From an uncultured Acidimicrobiales bacterium (GTDB lineage: Bacteria; Actinomycetota; Acidimicrobiia; Acidimicrobiales; SHLQ01), in the NCBI GenBank assembly GCA_938041035.1, contig CALHYX010000050.1:5512-69511 (forward strand): DNA of 64,000 nucleotides. The letters are read 5' to 3'. Below, piece after piece: positions 20,030-28,864 of this stretch. Position 1 is the first letter of the stretch; each line of letters opens with the position of its first letter. The translations under genes were made by a program, and so were the position numbers. The notes under the pieces are model-generated. The model saw only the letters and a program-made list of their open reading frames with translations, ran no database searches and was not told the DNA's origin.

Positions 20030-20650
20030 TCAGGGCTGCCAGTCGGGACTGGCGGAGGAGATCATTCGGTCGATCACGATGCGCCAGTCGTCGGGGTCGG
20101 GGCGGGGGCGACCGAGGCTGTTCGACAGGTGCATACCGAGGCCGATGGCCATCGACAGGCTGACGATGGCGTCGACGGGTAGATCGGGGTCGAAGATTCC
20201 GGCGGTCTGCGCGGCGCGGATGAGGTCGCCGAGGCGGGTGCGTTCCTCGTCGAGGATGGCGTGCAACTGTTCGGCCACCTCGGGCTCGCGCCGGGACGCA
20301 ACGAACACCTCGAGCAGGAGACCGTGGGTGTTGTTCTCCGGACTGACGAGGTGCGAGCCGAGGGCGGCCAGCAATCGGTCGGGTTCGGTGGTTCCCTGAC
20401 CGGACAGGATCTGCGCGACTTCGCCGGGCATGCGGTCGGCGATGGCGTCGAGCAGCAGCTGGGCTTTGCCGGAGTACCGGCTGTAGATCGCGCCGGTGGT
20501 GAGACCGGCGCGCCGGGCGATGTCGGCTACCCGAGCGCCTTCGTATCCCCGTTCGGCAAACACCTCGGCGGCGGCATCGATCAGCTGGCGCCGATTGTGG
20601 TCAGCCGGGCGCGCCGGCGCGGCGGGGGTCTCGCTGGTGGTACCGCTCAC
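20030..20650 (-). CDS. TetR family transcriptional regulator
   Basis: Has the N-terminal HTH region RQLIDAAAEVFAERGYEGARVADIARRAGLTTGAIYSRY. Confidence 0.9.
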   Translation of the reverse strand: MSGTTSETPAAPARPADHNRRQLIDAAAEVFAERGYEGARVADIARRAGLTTGAIYSRYSGKAQLLLDAIADRMPGEVAQILSGQGTTEPDRLLAALGSHLVSPENNTHGLLLEVFVASRREPEVAEQLHAILDEERTRLGDLIRAAQTAGIFDPDLPVDAIVSLSMAIGLGMHLSNSLGRPRPDPDDWRIVIDRMISSASPDWQP

Positions 20651-20690
20651 GCGGTTGCCGCGGTTGGTGACCCGAGGAACATAGCTCGAT

Positions 20691-20706
20691 GATAACGACT
20701 ATTATC
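20691..20706. promoter_or_regulatory. AT-rich inverted repeat GATAA-N6-TTATC upstream of tetR. Candidate operator.
   Basis: It sits in the only AT-rich patch of the intergenic region, 41-56 nt upstream of the tetR GTG. Confidence 0.3.
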
Positions 20707-20768
20707 CGGATTGCAAGCAGGAAAAACACCGGCCATACCGCCCGCTTCGTCGGCGCTGCGGGGGGGGG

Positions 20769-21743
20769 TTACAGCGTGCGGAGATCGACCAGCGGTCGGG
20801 CACCCACGTGAGAGATGACCTCCGCCGCCGCCACCGAACCGAGACGGCCGCACTCAGCGAGGTCGAGTCCGCGGGCGAGCCCCACCAGCACGCCGGAGGC
20901 GTACAGGTCGCCGGCGCCGGTGGTATCGACCACCTGGCCGGGATCGACGGCCGCGATTTCGAGCCGTTCACCGCCGCGCAGGATCAACGAACCCTGGGCG
21001 CCCAGGGTGATCGCCGCGGTCTCGCAGAGGTCGGCCACCTTGGTCAACGCCACGTCGAGGTCGTCGGTCTCAAAGAGCGAACACACCTCGTCCTCGTTGC
21101 CGAACACCAGGTCGACCTTGTCGTCGAGCAGGTCGAGCCACTCGGCCCGGTGCCGGTCGACGCAGAACCCGTCGGAAAGGGTCAGCCCGACGGTGGCGCC
21201 GGCGTCTCGGCCAGCATCCATTGCCTTGCGGATGGCGGCCTTGGCCGACTCCATGTCCCAGAGGTAACCCTCGCAGTAGACCAGCTTGGCCGAGGCGACG
21301 AGGTCGGCGTCGACGTCGTCGGGCTCGAGGAAGGCCGAAACACCGAGGTAGGTGTTCATCGTGCGTTCGGCGTCCGGCGTGACCTGAATGAGACACCGCG
21401 CCGTCGCCGGGCCCTCGGTGGCGGCGGGGGCCGCGTATCCGACACCGATCGAGGCGATGTCGTGGGCGAACACCTCACCCAACTGGTCGTCGCGCACCTT
21501 GCCGATGTAGCTCCCGGAGGCGCCGAACGAGGCCACCCCGGCGATCGTGTTTGCCGCCGATCCACCCGAGACCTCCATGGCGGGTGGCATCGCCGCGTAC
21601 AGCTCGTGCGCCCGATCGTCGTCGATGAGGGTCATGGCCCCCTTGACCAGGTCGTTGGCCTCGATGAACTCGTCATCGACGGTCGCGATGACATCGACGA
21701 TGGCGTTTCCCACGCCGATGACGTCGATCGATTTTTCGGTCAC
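20769..21743 (-). CDS. Adenosine kinase / PfkB family carbohydrate kinase
   Basis: GTG at 21743 is preceded by GGAGA. The sequence reads VIGVGNAIVDV ... DTTGAGDLYASG, typical of PfkB-type adenosine kinases. Confidence 0.8.
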   Translation of the reverse strand: MTEKSIDVIGVGNAIVDVIATVDDEFIEANDLVKGAMTLIDDDRAHELYAAMPPAMEVSGGSAANTIAGVASFGASGSYIGKVRDDQLGEVFAHDIASIGVGYAAPAATEGPATARCLIQVTPDAERTMNTYLGVSAFLEPDDVDADLVASAKLVYCEGYLWDMESAKAAIRKAMDAGRDAGATVGLTLSDGFCVDRHRAEWLDLLDDKVDLVFGNEDEVCSLFETDDLDVALTKVADLCETAAITLGAQGSLILRGGERLEIAAVDPGQVVDTTGAGDLYASGVLVGLARGLDLAECGRLGSVAAAEVISHVGARPLVDLRTL

Positions 21744-21893
21744 GGTGTCTCCGTCCGGTTGAGCAACCAGACAGGGTACGTGACCCCGGGCCCTACGCCG
21801 AATTCGGCCCCGCCGCGGCTCCAACCCCGATCCGCCGCACGTCGGGCGCGAATCCCCGGGCGCCGGCGACCGGCGTCGGTGGGTCCGACGGCG

Positions 21894-22067
21894 CTAGGAC
21901 GTGAGCCGAGGCAGCACGACGCCGCGCTCGAGCGCATCCCGGCGACGGCCATCGACGATGGCTCGAGCGAACTCGTCGTCGTCCACCTCGATATCGGACG
22001 TGTACGCCGACCAGTCGACCTCGGGGGACTCCCAGGATTCTGCTGGTTGTGTGTGATCGATGGTCAT
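21894..22067 (-). CDS. Small hypothetical protein (57 aa), below the ORF-track size cutoff
   Basis: Hand translation gives MTIDHTQPAESWESPEVDWSAYTSDIEVDDDEFARAIVDGRRRDALERGVVLPRLTS. GGAGA lies 6 nt upstream of the ATG, and codons are GC3-rich. Confidence 0.35.
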   Translation of the reverse strand: MTIDHTQPAESWESPEVDWSAYTSDIEVDDDEFARAIVDGRRRDALERGVVLPRLTS

Positions 22068-22309
22068 GATTGTGTCTCCGCCTTCTCGCTATCGGGGCCC
22101 CGCTGGAATCGCGTTGGCCCCGGCATGCCTGCCCTACCTCCATAAAACCCCAACGGCGTGTTGCGGTTCCACGGTTTGAATGTCGGTCGCGTGACGATTG
22201 ACGACCGACCACCACCGGTCGCGACGCAACACGCGCGCAGGGCGCGAATTCGGCGCGAACCGCTTCGAGGAGACGCTCAGCTCAGGGCGAGTCAATAGAC
22301 TCGGCGACC

Positions 22310-24832
22310 GTGACTACCGATCCGTACCGCCTGTCCCGCGAAGCCCTCCCCCGCCATTACCGGCTGGTGCTCGAACCCGATATCGCCAACGCCACGTTTC
22401 GCGGCACGGTCGCCATCGAGATCGACATCGCCGAACCGACCGACCGGCTGGTGCTCAACGCGCTCGACCTCGAGATTCAGACTGCGTCGGTCTCCCTCGA
22501 GACCACGCCCACCGACGGACAGCGACCCTCGTTCGACGCCCACGTCGAACTCGACGCCGAGACCGAACGGCTGAGCCTGACCGTCGACCAGGTGTTACCC
22601 AAGGGCGGCGCGGTCGTCGAGCTCGCCTTCACCGGCATCCTCAACGACAAGTTGAAGGGCTTCTACCGGAGCACGTGGACCGATGAGGACGGTGCCGACC
22701 ACACCATTGCGACCACCCAGTTTCAATCGACCGACGCGCGTCGGGCCTTTCCCTGTTGGGACGAGCCGGACTTCAAAGCCACGTTCGGCGTCACGCTGGT
22801 CGTCGAAGCCGAGCACCTGGCGGTGGCCAACAGCGCCGAGATCGAGCGCGACGTGCGCGACGACGGCAAGGTGGCCGTCCACTTCGCCGACACGATCCCC
22901 ATGTCGACGTACCTGGTCGCGTTCGTCGTCGGCCCGCTCGAGGTGACCGACCCCATCGATGTCGATGGCGTTGCCGTCCGAATCGTTCACCGACCGGGTC
23001 GAGGCCACCTCACCCCCTTTGCCCTCGACGTCGCCGACAAGGCACTGCGCTACTTCACCGACTACTACGCGCTCCCCTACCCCGGCGACAAACTCGACAT
23101 GCTCGCCATCCCCGACTTCGCGTTCGGGGCGATGGAAAACCTGGGCTGTGTCACCTATCGCGAGGTACTGCTCCTGGTCGACCCCGACGAGGCAACGCAA
23201 CCCGAGCTCCAACGGGTGGCCGACGTGATCAACCACGAACTCGCCCACATGTGGTTCGGTGACCTCGTCACCATGCGCTGGTGGAACGGCATCTGGTTGA
23301 ACGAGGCCTTCGCCACCTTCATGGAAACCCGGGCGACCGATGCCTACCGGCCCGACTGGGACCGGTGGACCGACTTCGGGCTCTCCCGCTCGGCCGCGTT
23401 CGACGTCGACGCCCTCGAGGCCACCCGACCGATCGAGTTCGACGTCCGGTCGCCCGCCGACGCCGAGGCCATGTTCGACATCTTGACCTACGAAAAGGGC
23501 GCCGCGGTCGTGCGGATGCTCGAACAGTTCATGGGGCCCGATGCGTTCCGCGACGGCATCCGCCACTACCTCACGACCCACCAGCTGGGAAACACCGAGA
23601 CCCACGATCTGTGGGACGCCCTGGAAACCACCACCGACCAGCCGGTCCGCCGGATCATGGAGTCGTGGATCTTCCAGGGGGGCTACCCGGTGGTGACCTA
23701 CGAGCGCGACGGCGACCAGCTTCGCATCGACCAGCACCGGTTCATGTTCGAAGGCGACGATGAACGCCGCTGGCTGGTGCCCATCGGGCTGCGAACCGAC
23801 TCGGCGGAGCGCACGAGCACCCTGCTCGACGGACCCGCAACGGTCGCCGGCGCCACCGCCGTCCCCACCCTGAACGCCAACGCGTCCGGGTTCTACCGGG
23901 TCCGCCACACCGACGAGGTCCTCGACCGGATCGCCGACGGCGCCGCCGCGGGATTCCCGGCCGTGGAGCGCTACAGCCTCGTCGATGACGCGTGGGCAAT
24001 GGTTCTGGCGGGCGAGACGTCCGCCGGCTCGTTCCTCCGGCTGGCCGAGGGTTTCGTGGACGATACCGAGGCCGCCGTCTGGCAGCGCCTCGCCGGTTCG
24101 CTGGGAACGTTGTCGCGGGTGCTCGACGATGACCTACGGCCCGCGTTCGAACAGCGGGTCCGCGAGCTCGTTGGCCCGGCCGCCGAGCGAGCCGGTTGGG
24201 ACGCGGCCGAAGGTGAATCCGACCGCGATCACCAGCTACGGGCCACGCTGCTGTCCGCCTACGGCATAACCGGCGCTCACCAGGGCACTCGCGACCGGGC
24301 GCGGGCCACCCACACCCGGGGCGGCGCACACCCGTCCACGATGGCCGCGGCGGTCGGAATCGTCGCCGCCACCGGCACCGTCGAGGAGGCCGACGACTTC
24401 TGGGAACGCTATCGATCGGCCACCACCCCTCAGATCGAGCGTCGGTACCTCGACACCCTGGCCGACTTTCCCGACGAGACGGCCGTTCAGCGGCTGATCG
24501 AGCGCACCCTGACCGACGACATCCGTTCCCAGGACGGCCCGTACATTCTCGGGCGAGCGCTCACCAACCGCCTGCATGGGCCGATGGTGTGGAAGTACGT
24601 CAAGGACAACTGGAGCACCGTGAACCAGCGCTTCCCGACCAACAGCATCTCTCGTCTCCTGGGTGGCGTTCGCGGTCTTTCCGACCCGGAGGTCGCAGCC
24701 GACGTCCAGTCGTTCATCGCCGCCAACCCGGTCGACCAGGGCGGCAAAACCATCGAACAGCACCTCGAACGACTGCGGATCAACGTGGCCCTGCGCTCCC
24801 GGGCGAGCGACGAATTGGGGCCGGTGCTGTAA
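22310..24832 (+). CDS. pepN: Aminopeptidase N (M1 family)
   Basis: Has the GAMEN motif (FGAMENLG) and HELAHMWFGD...WLNEAF (HExxH-E). 840 aa. Confidence 0.92.
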   Translation: MTTDPYRLSREALPRHYRLVLEPDIANATFRGTVAIEIDIAEPTDRLVLNALDLEIQTASVSLETTPTDGQRPSFDAHVELDAETERLSLTVDQVLPKGGAVVELAFTGILNDKLKGFYRSTWTDEDGADHTIATTQFQSTDARRAFPCWDEPDFKATFGVTLVVEAEHLAVANSAEIERDVRDDGKVAVHFADTIPMSTYLVAFVVGPLEVTDPIDVDGVAVRIVHRPGRGHLTPFALDVADKALRYFTDYYALPYPGDKLDMLAIPDFAFGAMENLGCVTYREVLLLVDPDEATQPELQRVADVINHELAHMWFGDLVTMRWWNGIWLNEAFATFMETRATDAYRPDWDRWTDFGLSRSAAFDVDALEATRPIEFDVRSPADAEAMFDILTYEKGAAVVRMLEQFMGPDAFRDGIRHYLTTHQLGNTETHDLWDALETTTDQPVRRIMESWIFQGGYPVVTYERDGDQLRIDQHRFMFEGDDERRWLVPIGLRTDSAERTSTLLDGPATVAGATAVPTLNANASGFYRVRHTDEVLDRIADGAAAGFPAVERYSLVDDAWAMVLAGETSAGSFLRLAEGFVDDTEAAVWQRLAGSLGTLSRVLDDDLRPAFEQRVRELVGPAAERAGWDAAEGESDRDHQLRATLLSAYGITGAHQGTRDRARATHTRGGAHPSTMAAAVGIVAATGTVEEADDFWERYRSATTPQIERRYLDTLADFPDETAVQRLIERTLTDDIRSQDGPYILGRALTNRLHGPMVWKYVKDNWSTVNQRFPTNSISRLLGGVRGLSDPEVAADVQSFIAANPVDQGGKTIEQHLERLRINVALRSRASDELGPVL

Positions 24833-24836
24833 CGCC

Positions 24837-26015
24837 GTGCCCACGTTTCCTCCTCGTCCTCCTCGCCCTCGCGCCAACTGGTACCTGCCGCTCACCCCGC
24901 CTCGGCGCCTCGATGTCTTCGCCGTTGAACCAACGACGGCGCAGATCGTGTGGCGCGACCTGGGCGAGGGGCCCGTGACGGTCGAGATCGAGGGCCGGAC
25001 GGTCGAGACCGGGTGGGATGCCCAACTCGGATCCGTCGTCATCGACGGCCTTCGGGTCGACACGACGACCTCTGCGCTCGTCCGACCCAAGGTCGGCGAA
25101 GCCCGCACCCTGCCGATCACCACGCTGCCCGAACCGGCCGGACCCGAGCGGTGCCGGTTTGCCACCCTGTCGGACCTCCACATCGGCACCTCCTCGTTCG
25201 GGATGTTGACCACGCAACGGGAACGACCCCGACCGGACGTGCTCCACCCCATGCGGGCGGCGCGCGCCGCGATCGCCGAGGCGGTCGACTGGGGCGCCGA
25301 GTTGTTGGTGTTCAAGGGCGATCTCACCCACCACGGACGGCGGCGGGACTGGGAAGAGGTCGGCGAGCTGCTCGACAGCGTGCCCGTGCCCTGGATCGCC
25401 ATCCCGGGCAACCACGACAATCACAAGACCAAGTCGTCCATTCCGTTGGATGAGGGCCTCGCCATGATCGGCCTCGACCGGGTGCCGACCCGTCACGTCG
25501 ATCTCCCCGGCGTGCGCATCATCGTCGCCGATGCCCTCACCGGCCATCACAACTACGGAGACTCGAGCGCGATCCATCACGAGATCTGCGAACTGGCGGC
25601 CGAAACCGACCTGCCGGCGTTCGTCGGTCTGCACTTTCACCTGATGCGCACGCCGGTGCCGTGGTTCTGGCCCCTCGGTGTGCGCAAGACCCAGGCCGAT
25701 GCGTTGCTCGCCGATCTGGCCGCTGCGAACCCTCGCTCCTTCGTTTCCTCGGGCCACACCCACCGCAATCGCCGTTACACCGCCGGTGCGATACCGATCA
25801 CCGAAGTCGGTTCACCGAAGGACTATCCCGGGGTGTGGGCGGGGTACGCGGTGCATGAAGGTGGCATCCGTCAACTGGTTCGGCGCACGGCCGAGCCGAG
25901 CGTGCTGAGCTGGACCGAGCGCACCCGACTCGCCGTCGTTGGCGTCTGGGGCCTGTGGAGCATGGGTACCCTCGACCACCGCAGCTTCACCCACGACTGG
26001 GCCACTGCGCTCTAG
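24837..26015 (+). CDS. Metallophosphoesterase
   Basis: Has the calcineurin-like motifs SDLHIG, KGDLTHHG, GNHDN and GHTHRN. The start is tentatively GTG 24837, just after the pepN stop. Confidence 0.8.
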   Translation: MPTFPPRPPRPRANWYLPLTPPRRLDVFAVEPTTAQIVWRDLGEGPVTVEIEGRTVETGWDAQLGSVVIDGLRVDTTTSALVRPKVGEARTLPITTLPEPAGPERCRFATLSDLHIGTSSFGMLTTQRERPRPDVLHPMRAARAAIAEAVDWGAELLVFKGDLTHHGRRRDWEEVGELLDSVPVPWIAIPGNHDNHKTKSSIPLDEGLAMIGLDRVPTRHVDLPGVRIIVADALTGHHNYGDSSAIHHEICELAAETDLPAFVGLHFHLMRTPVPWFWPLGVRKTQADALLADLAAANPRSFVSSGHTHRNRRYTAGAIPITEVGSPKDYPGVWAGYAVHEGGIRQLVRRTAEPSVLSWTERTRLAVVGVWGLWSMGTLDHRSFTHDWATAL

Positions 26016-26036
26016 CGGACGCTCTCGGTCGGAGCG

Positions 26037-26585
26037 TCAGCCGAGCTCGATGCTGAACGTGGCGTCCTCGGCGACCGCGGCCGTGAACCGGCGCACGGAA
26101 TCGTCGGGTTCGGTGGCCGTACAGGCGAGCGTGAACGGCGTGTCGAGCAGGCGCAGACGGGGGCCGGCGCACGCCACCCGGTAGTCCTGGCCCAGGTCGG
26201 CCGCGAGGCGGTCGGCCGCGCTCGCCTCGATGTCGGCGACCTGCATCACCGGGTGCAACAGCCGGGCATCGATCGTTCCGTCCTCGTCGACCTGGGTGAC
26301 ATCGAACTCGGCCGTCGCTCCCCCGAGCTCCGCCGTGCACCGAACGGTCACCCCGAGCCCGCGCTCGATGGGTTCCGGGCACACCACATTGGTCATCGCG
26401 GCCGAATCCTCGTCGAGGAGGAGGCCCGGGATCAGCGCTTCGACAGCGGCCCGGTCGAGCGTGTCCGCCGACGAACACGCGCCGCAAACCAACACCATCA
26501 ACACGACGACCGCACCGACGGCGGCTCTCCACGACCCCGCCCCGTGCGGGGCCGGCGCGATCCCCGAACCATCCGCAACCATCAT
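26037..26585 (-). CDS. Secreted or lipoprotein-like protein (DUF4333-like) with several Cys residues
   Basis: ATG 26585 forms an ATGA overlap with the upstream gene's stop. Has an N-terminal hydrophobic segment VVVLMVLVCGAC. Confidence 0.6.
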   Translation of the reverse strand: MMVADGSGIAPAPHGAGSWRAAVGAVVVLMVLVCGACSSADTLDRAAVEALIPGLLLDEDSAAMTNVVCPEPIERGLGVTVRCTAELGGATAEFDVTQVDEDGTIDARLLHPVMQVADIEASAADRLAADLGQDYRVACAGPRLRLLDTPFTLACTATEPDDSVRRFTAAVAEDATFSIELG

Positions 26586-27238
26586 CGGGTGACCCCGGTG
26601 ACCAGCCAGCCGACGAACGCGAGTTGGGCCAGGTGATAGGTCACATGCACCGCCACCCGGCCGCCCCAGGCATCCTCGTCGGCGGCGCTCACGAAACGCC
26701 CCCAGCCCAGGAGTGCGTCGGACGCAACGAACAGCACCCCCGCGATGATGGCCCAGAACGAACCGGTGGCGATCGCGAGGAGACCCATGGTGCCCAGCAC
26801 CGCGATGTACGCACCGACGGCGACCCCCAGCCGGGAATCGCTCGTCCGCGCTCGGTTGACGATCGGCCGCCCGACCAGCACCAGCGGACCGACGAGCGCC
26901 GCGGCTCCGATACCGAGCCATCCGGTGGAAACGCCGGCGCTCAGCAGCGCCGCAATGGTGGCCAGGTGAGCGAGCAGAAAGGCGCCGAGACCGCCCTCGA
27001 AGGGCCAGGTCGGCACCATCAACACGATGTCGCCGACCAGGGAGAGCACGAGCGCAACGACGATCAGGGTTCGGACCGCTCCCGAAAACGGATCGAAGGC
27101 CAGCGCCGCCCCGATCACCGCGACCAGGGTCAGCGGTTTCGCGACGTACTCGACGCTGAGCCGGTCCTCGGCGACCGCCCACCAGTCGATGACCGCAATG
27201 GCCAACGCGACGGCGACGAGGGTGTACCCCAGAGCCAT
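26582..27238 (-). CDS. YhhN family membrane protein (lysoplasmalogenase-like)
   Basis: 218-aa polytopic membrane protein with the YhhN-like features SLVGDIVLM and FVASDALLG. Confidence 0.75.
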   Translation of the reverse strand: MALGYTLVAVALAIAVIDWWAVAEDRLSVEYVAKPLTLVAVIGAALAFDPFSGAVRTLIVVALVLSLVGDIVLMVPTWPFEGGLGAFLLAHLATIAALLSAGVSTGWLGIGAAALVGPLVLVGRPIVNRARTSDSRLGVAVGAYIAVLGTMGLLAIATGSFWAIIAGVLFVASDALLGWGRFVSAADEDAWGGRVAVHVTYHLAQLAFVGWLVTGVTR

Positions 27239-27247
27239 GGCGTCGGT

Positions 27248-28474
27248 TCAGCGCTGGTCTTCGGCGAAGGCGACCGCGTCGGTCCACGACGCACCATCGA
27301 TGATGAGGCGCCGAAACTGCATGACGTGGCGGGGCCGGTTCATCCCGAAAACGCCCACGATGGCTCCGTCGCGTCCGTAGATCGTGGCGAACCGACGTTC
27401 CTCGGGTGAACCGGTGACCAGCAGGGTCTCGTCATCGGTGCTCGGGCGCCCCGCCATCTGGATCTTGCGGTCGTACTGATCGGACCAGAACCACGGCACC
27501 GGGGCGAACGGCTCGGCGTCGGCATCGTCGACCAGCAGTCGCCGGGCCGCCGCGATCCCCTGCTCGACCGCGTTGTCCCAGTGCTCGACCCGCATCGTCT
27601 CGCCGAACCGGGGATTGGGCCACCGGGCGACGTCGCCGGCCGCGGCGATGCCCGGGGCGGCCAGACAGGTCTCGTCGCACACGATGCCGTCGTCGATCTC
27701 GAGCCCGGATTCGGCCAACCACTCGACGTTGGGGATGACACCGATTCCGACCACCACCACGGCGGCGTCGATGACCGACCCGTCGGTGAGCCGGACCGCC
27801 CGCACGCGGCCATCGTCGTCGGCGTCGAGGCTCTCGACACCAACCCCCAGGCGCAGGTCGACCCCGTGTTCGAGGTGCAGATCCGCGCAGACCCCGCCGA
27901 TCTCGGCGCCGAGTACCCGGCCCATCGGTACGGGAAGCGATTCGATCAGGGTGACGTTCAGCCCGCGCTCACGGGCGGTCGCGGCCACCTCGGCGCCGAT
28001 GAAGCCCGCACCGACCACCACGACCCGGTCGGGTTGGGCGCTGAAGGCCGTGGCGATGGCGACGCAGTCATCGACGGTTCGCAACGTGAAGACGCCGGCC
28101 ATTCCCTCGGTGCCGGGCAGCGTGCGACAGCGCGCCCCGGTGGCCAATAGGAGCCGGTCCCAGGGTTCGGTGCTGCCATCGTCGAGCGTGAGCGTTCCGG
28201 CCGAGCGATCGAGGCCGACCGCGTGGACACCCAGGCGAAAGTCGAGGTCGAGCTCGACGTAGTGCTCGGGTTCGGCGAGCGTGACCTCGACCGGCTGACG
28301 GGTGCCCGCCAGTACATCTTTGGACAACGGCGGGCGGTCGTAGGGCAGGTGCGGCTCGCCGCTGATGATGGTTATCGGACCGGCAAACCCATCTCGGCGA
28401 ACCGCTTCCGCGCCGCGGATCGACGCCAACGAGCCGCCGACGATCGTCAGCGACCCGGTGGACGAGTCGGTCAC
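27248..28474 (-). CDS. FAD-dependent ferredoxin reductase (pyridine nucleotide-disulfide oxidoreductase)
   Basis: Has the FAD motif IVGGSLAS, the NAD motif VVVGAGFIGAEVA and AAGDVARW. It resembles putidaredoxin reductase. Confidence 0.88.
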   Translation of the reverse strand: MTDSSTGSLTIVGGSLASIRGAEAVRRDGFAGPITIISGEPHLPYDRPPLSKDVLAGTRQPVEVTLAEPEHYVELDLDFRLGVHAVGLDRSAGTLTLDDGSTEPWDRLLLATGARCRTLPGTEGMAGVFTLRTVDDCVAIATAFSAQPDRVVVVGAGFIGAEVAATARERGLNVTLIESLPVPMGRVLGAEIGGVCADLHLEHGVDLRLGVGVESLDADDDGRVRAVRLTDGSVIDAAVVVVGIGVIPNVEWLAESGLEIDDGIVCDETCLAAPGIAAAGDVARWPNPRFGETMRVEHWDNAVEQGIAAARRLLVDDADAEPFAPVPWFWSDQYDRKIQMAGRPSTDDETLLVTGSPEERRFATIYGRDGAIVGVFGMNRPRHVMQFRRLIIDGASWTDAVAFAEDQR

Positions 28475-28478
28475 CGAA

Positions 28479-28673
28479 TCAGTCGTCCGCCAGGCTGATC
28501 GCCTGCTTCGGGCAGCGCTGGATCGCCTCTTCCATCTTGGCCCGTTGATCCTCCGCCGGGTTTTCGTTCAGCACGTACAAGAAGTCATCGTCGCGAACTT
28601 CGAACACCTCGGGCGCGATGTCCATGCAGATGGCGTTGCTCTCGCAGAGGTCATAGTCGACCACAATCTTCAT
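28479..28673 (-). CDS. Small ferredoxin (single-cluster, 3Fe-4S/4Fe-4S type)
   Basis: Start ATG 28673. The sequence reads MKIVVDYDLCESNAICMDIAPEVFEV...RCPKQAI. Confidence 0.8.
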   Translation of the reverse strand: MKIVVDYDLCESNAICMDIAPEVFEVRDDDFLYVLNENPAEDQRAKMEEAIQRCPKQAISLADD

Positions 28674-28864
28674 TCTTCGTAGGCCTCCCGGGCTCAATCC
28701 AAACCACCCCCGGTTCCCGGCCGTAGGGCAGCGCCCTCATCATGGCAGATTTCGCCGCCCCGCCCGGATCGTCGCCGACCAAACCCCAATTCTTCGCTAA
28801 ACCTTCGCCGCCTCGACGTCGATACCAGATTCGTTATGAAACGTGACGGGACTCGGGGAACGAC

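Noticed and set aside
20760-20768. G9 homopolymer immediately after the adenosine kinase stop codon as a phase-variation tract
   Set aside because: It is outside any coding region and not in an obvious promoter spacer. A single short G-run in high-GC DNA is not strong evidence for slipped-strand regulation.
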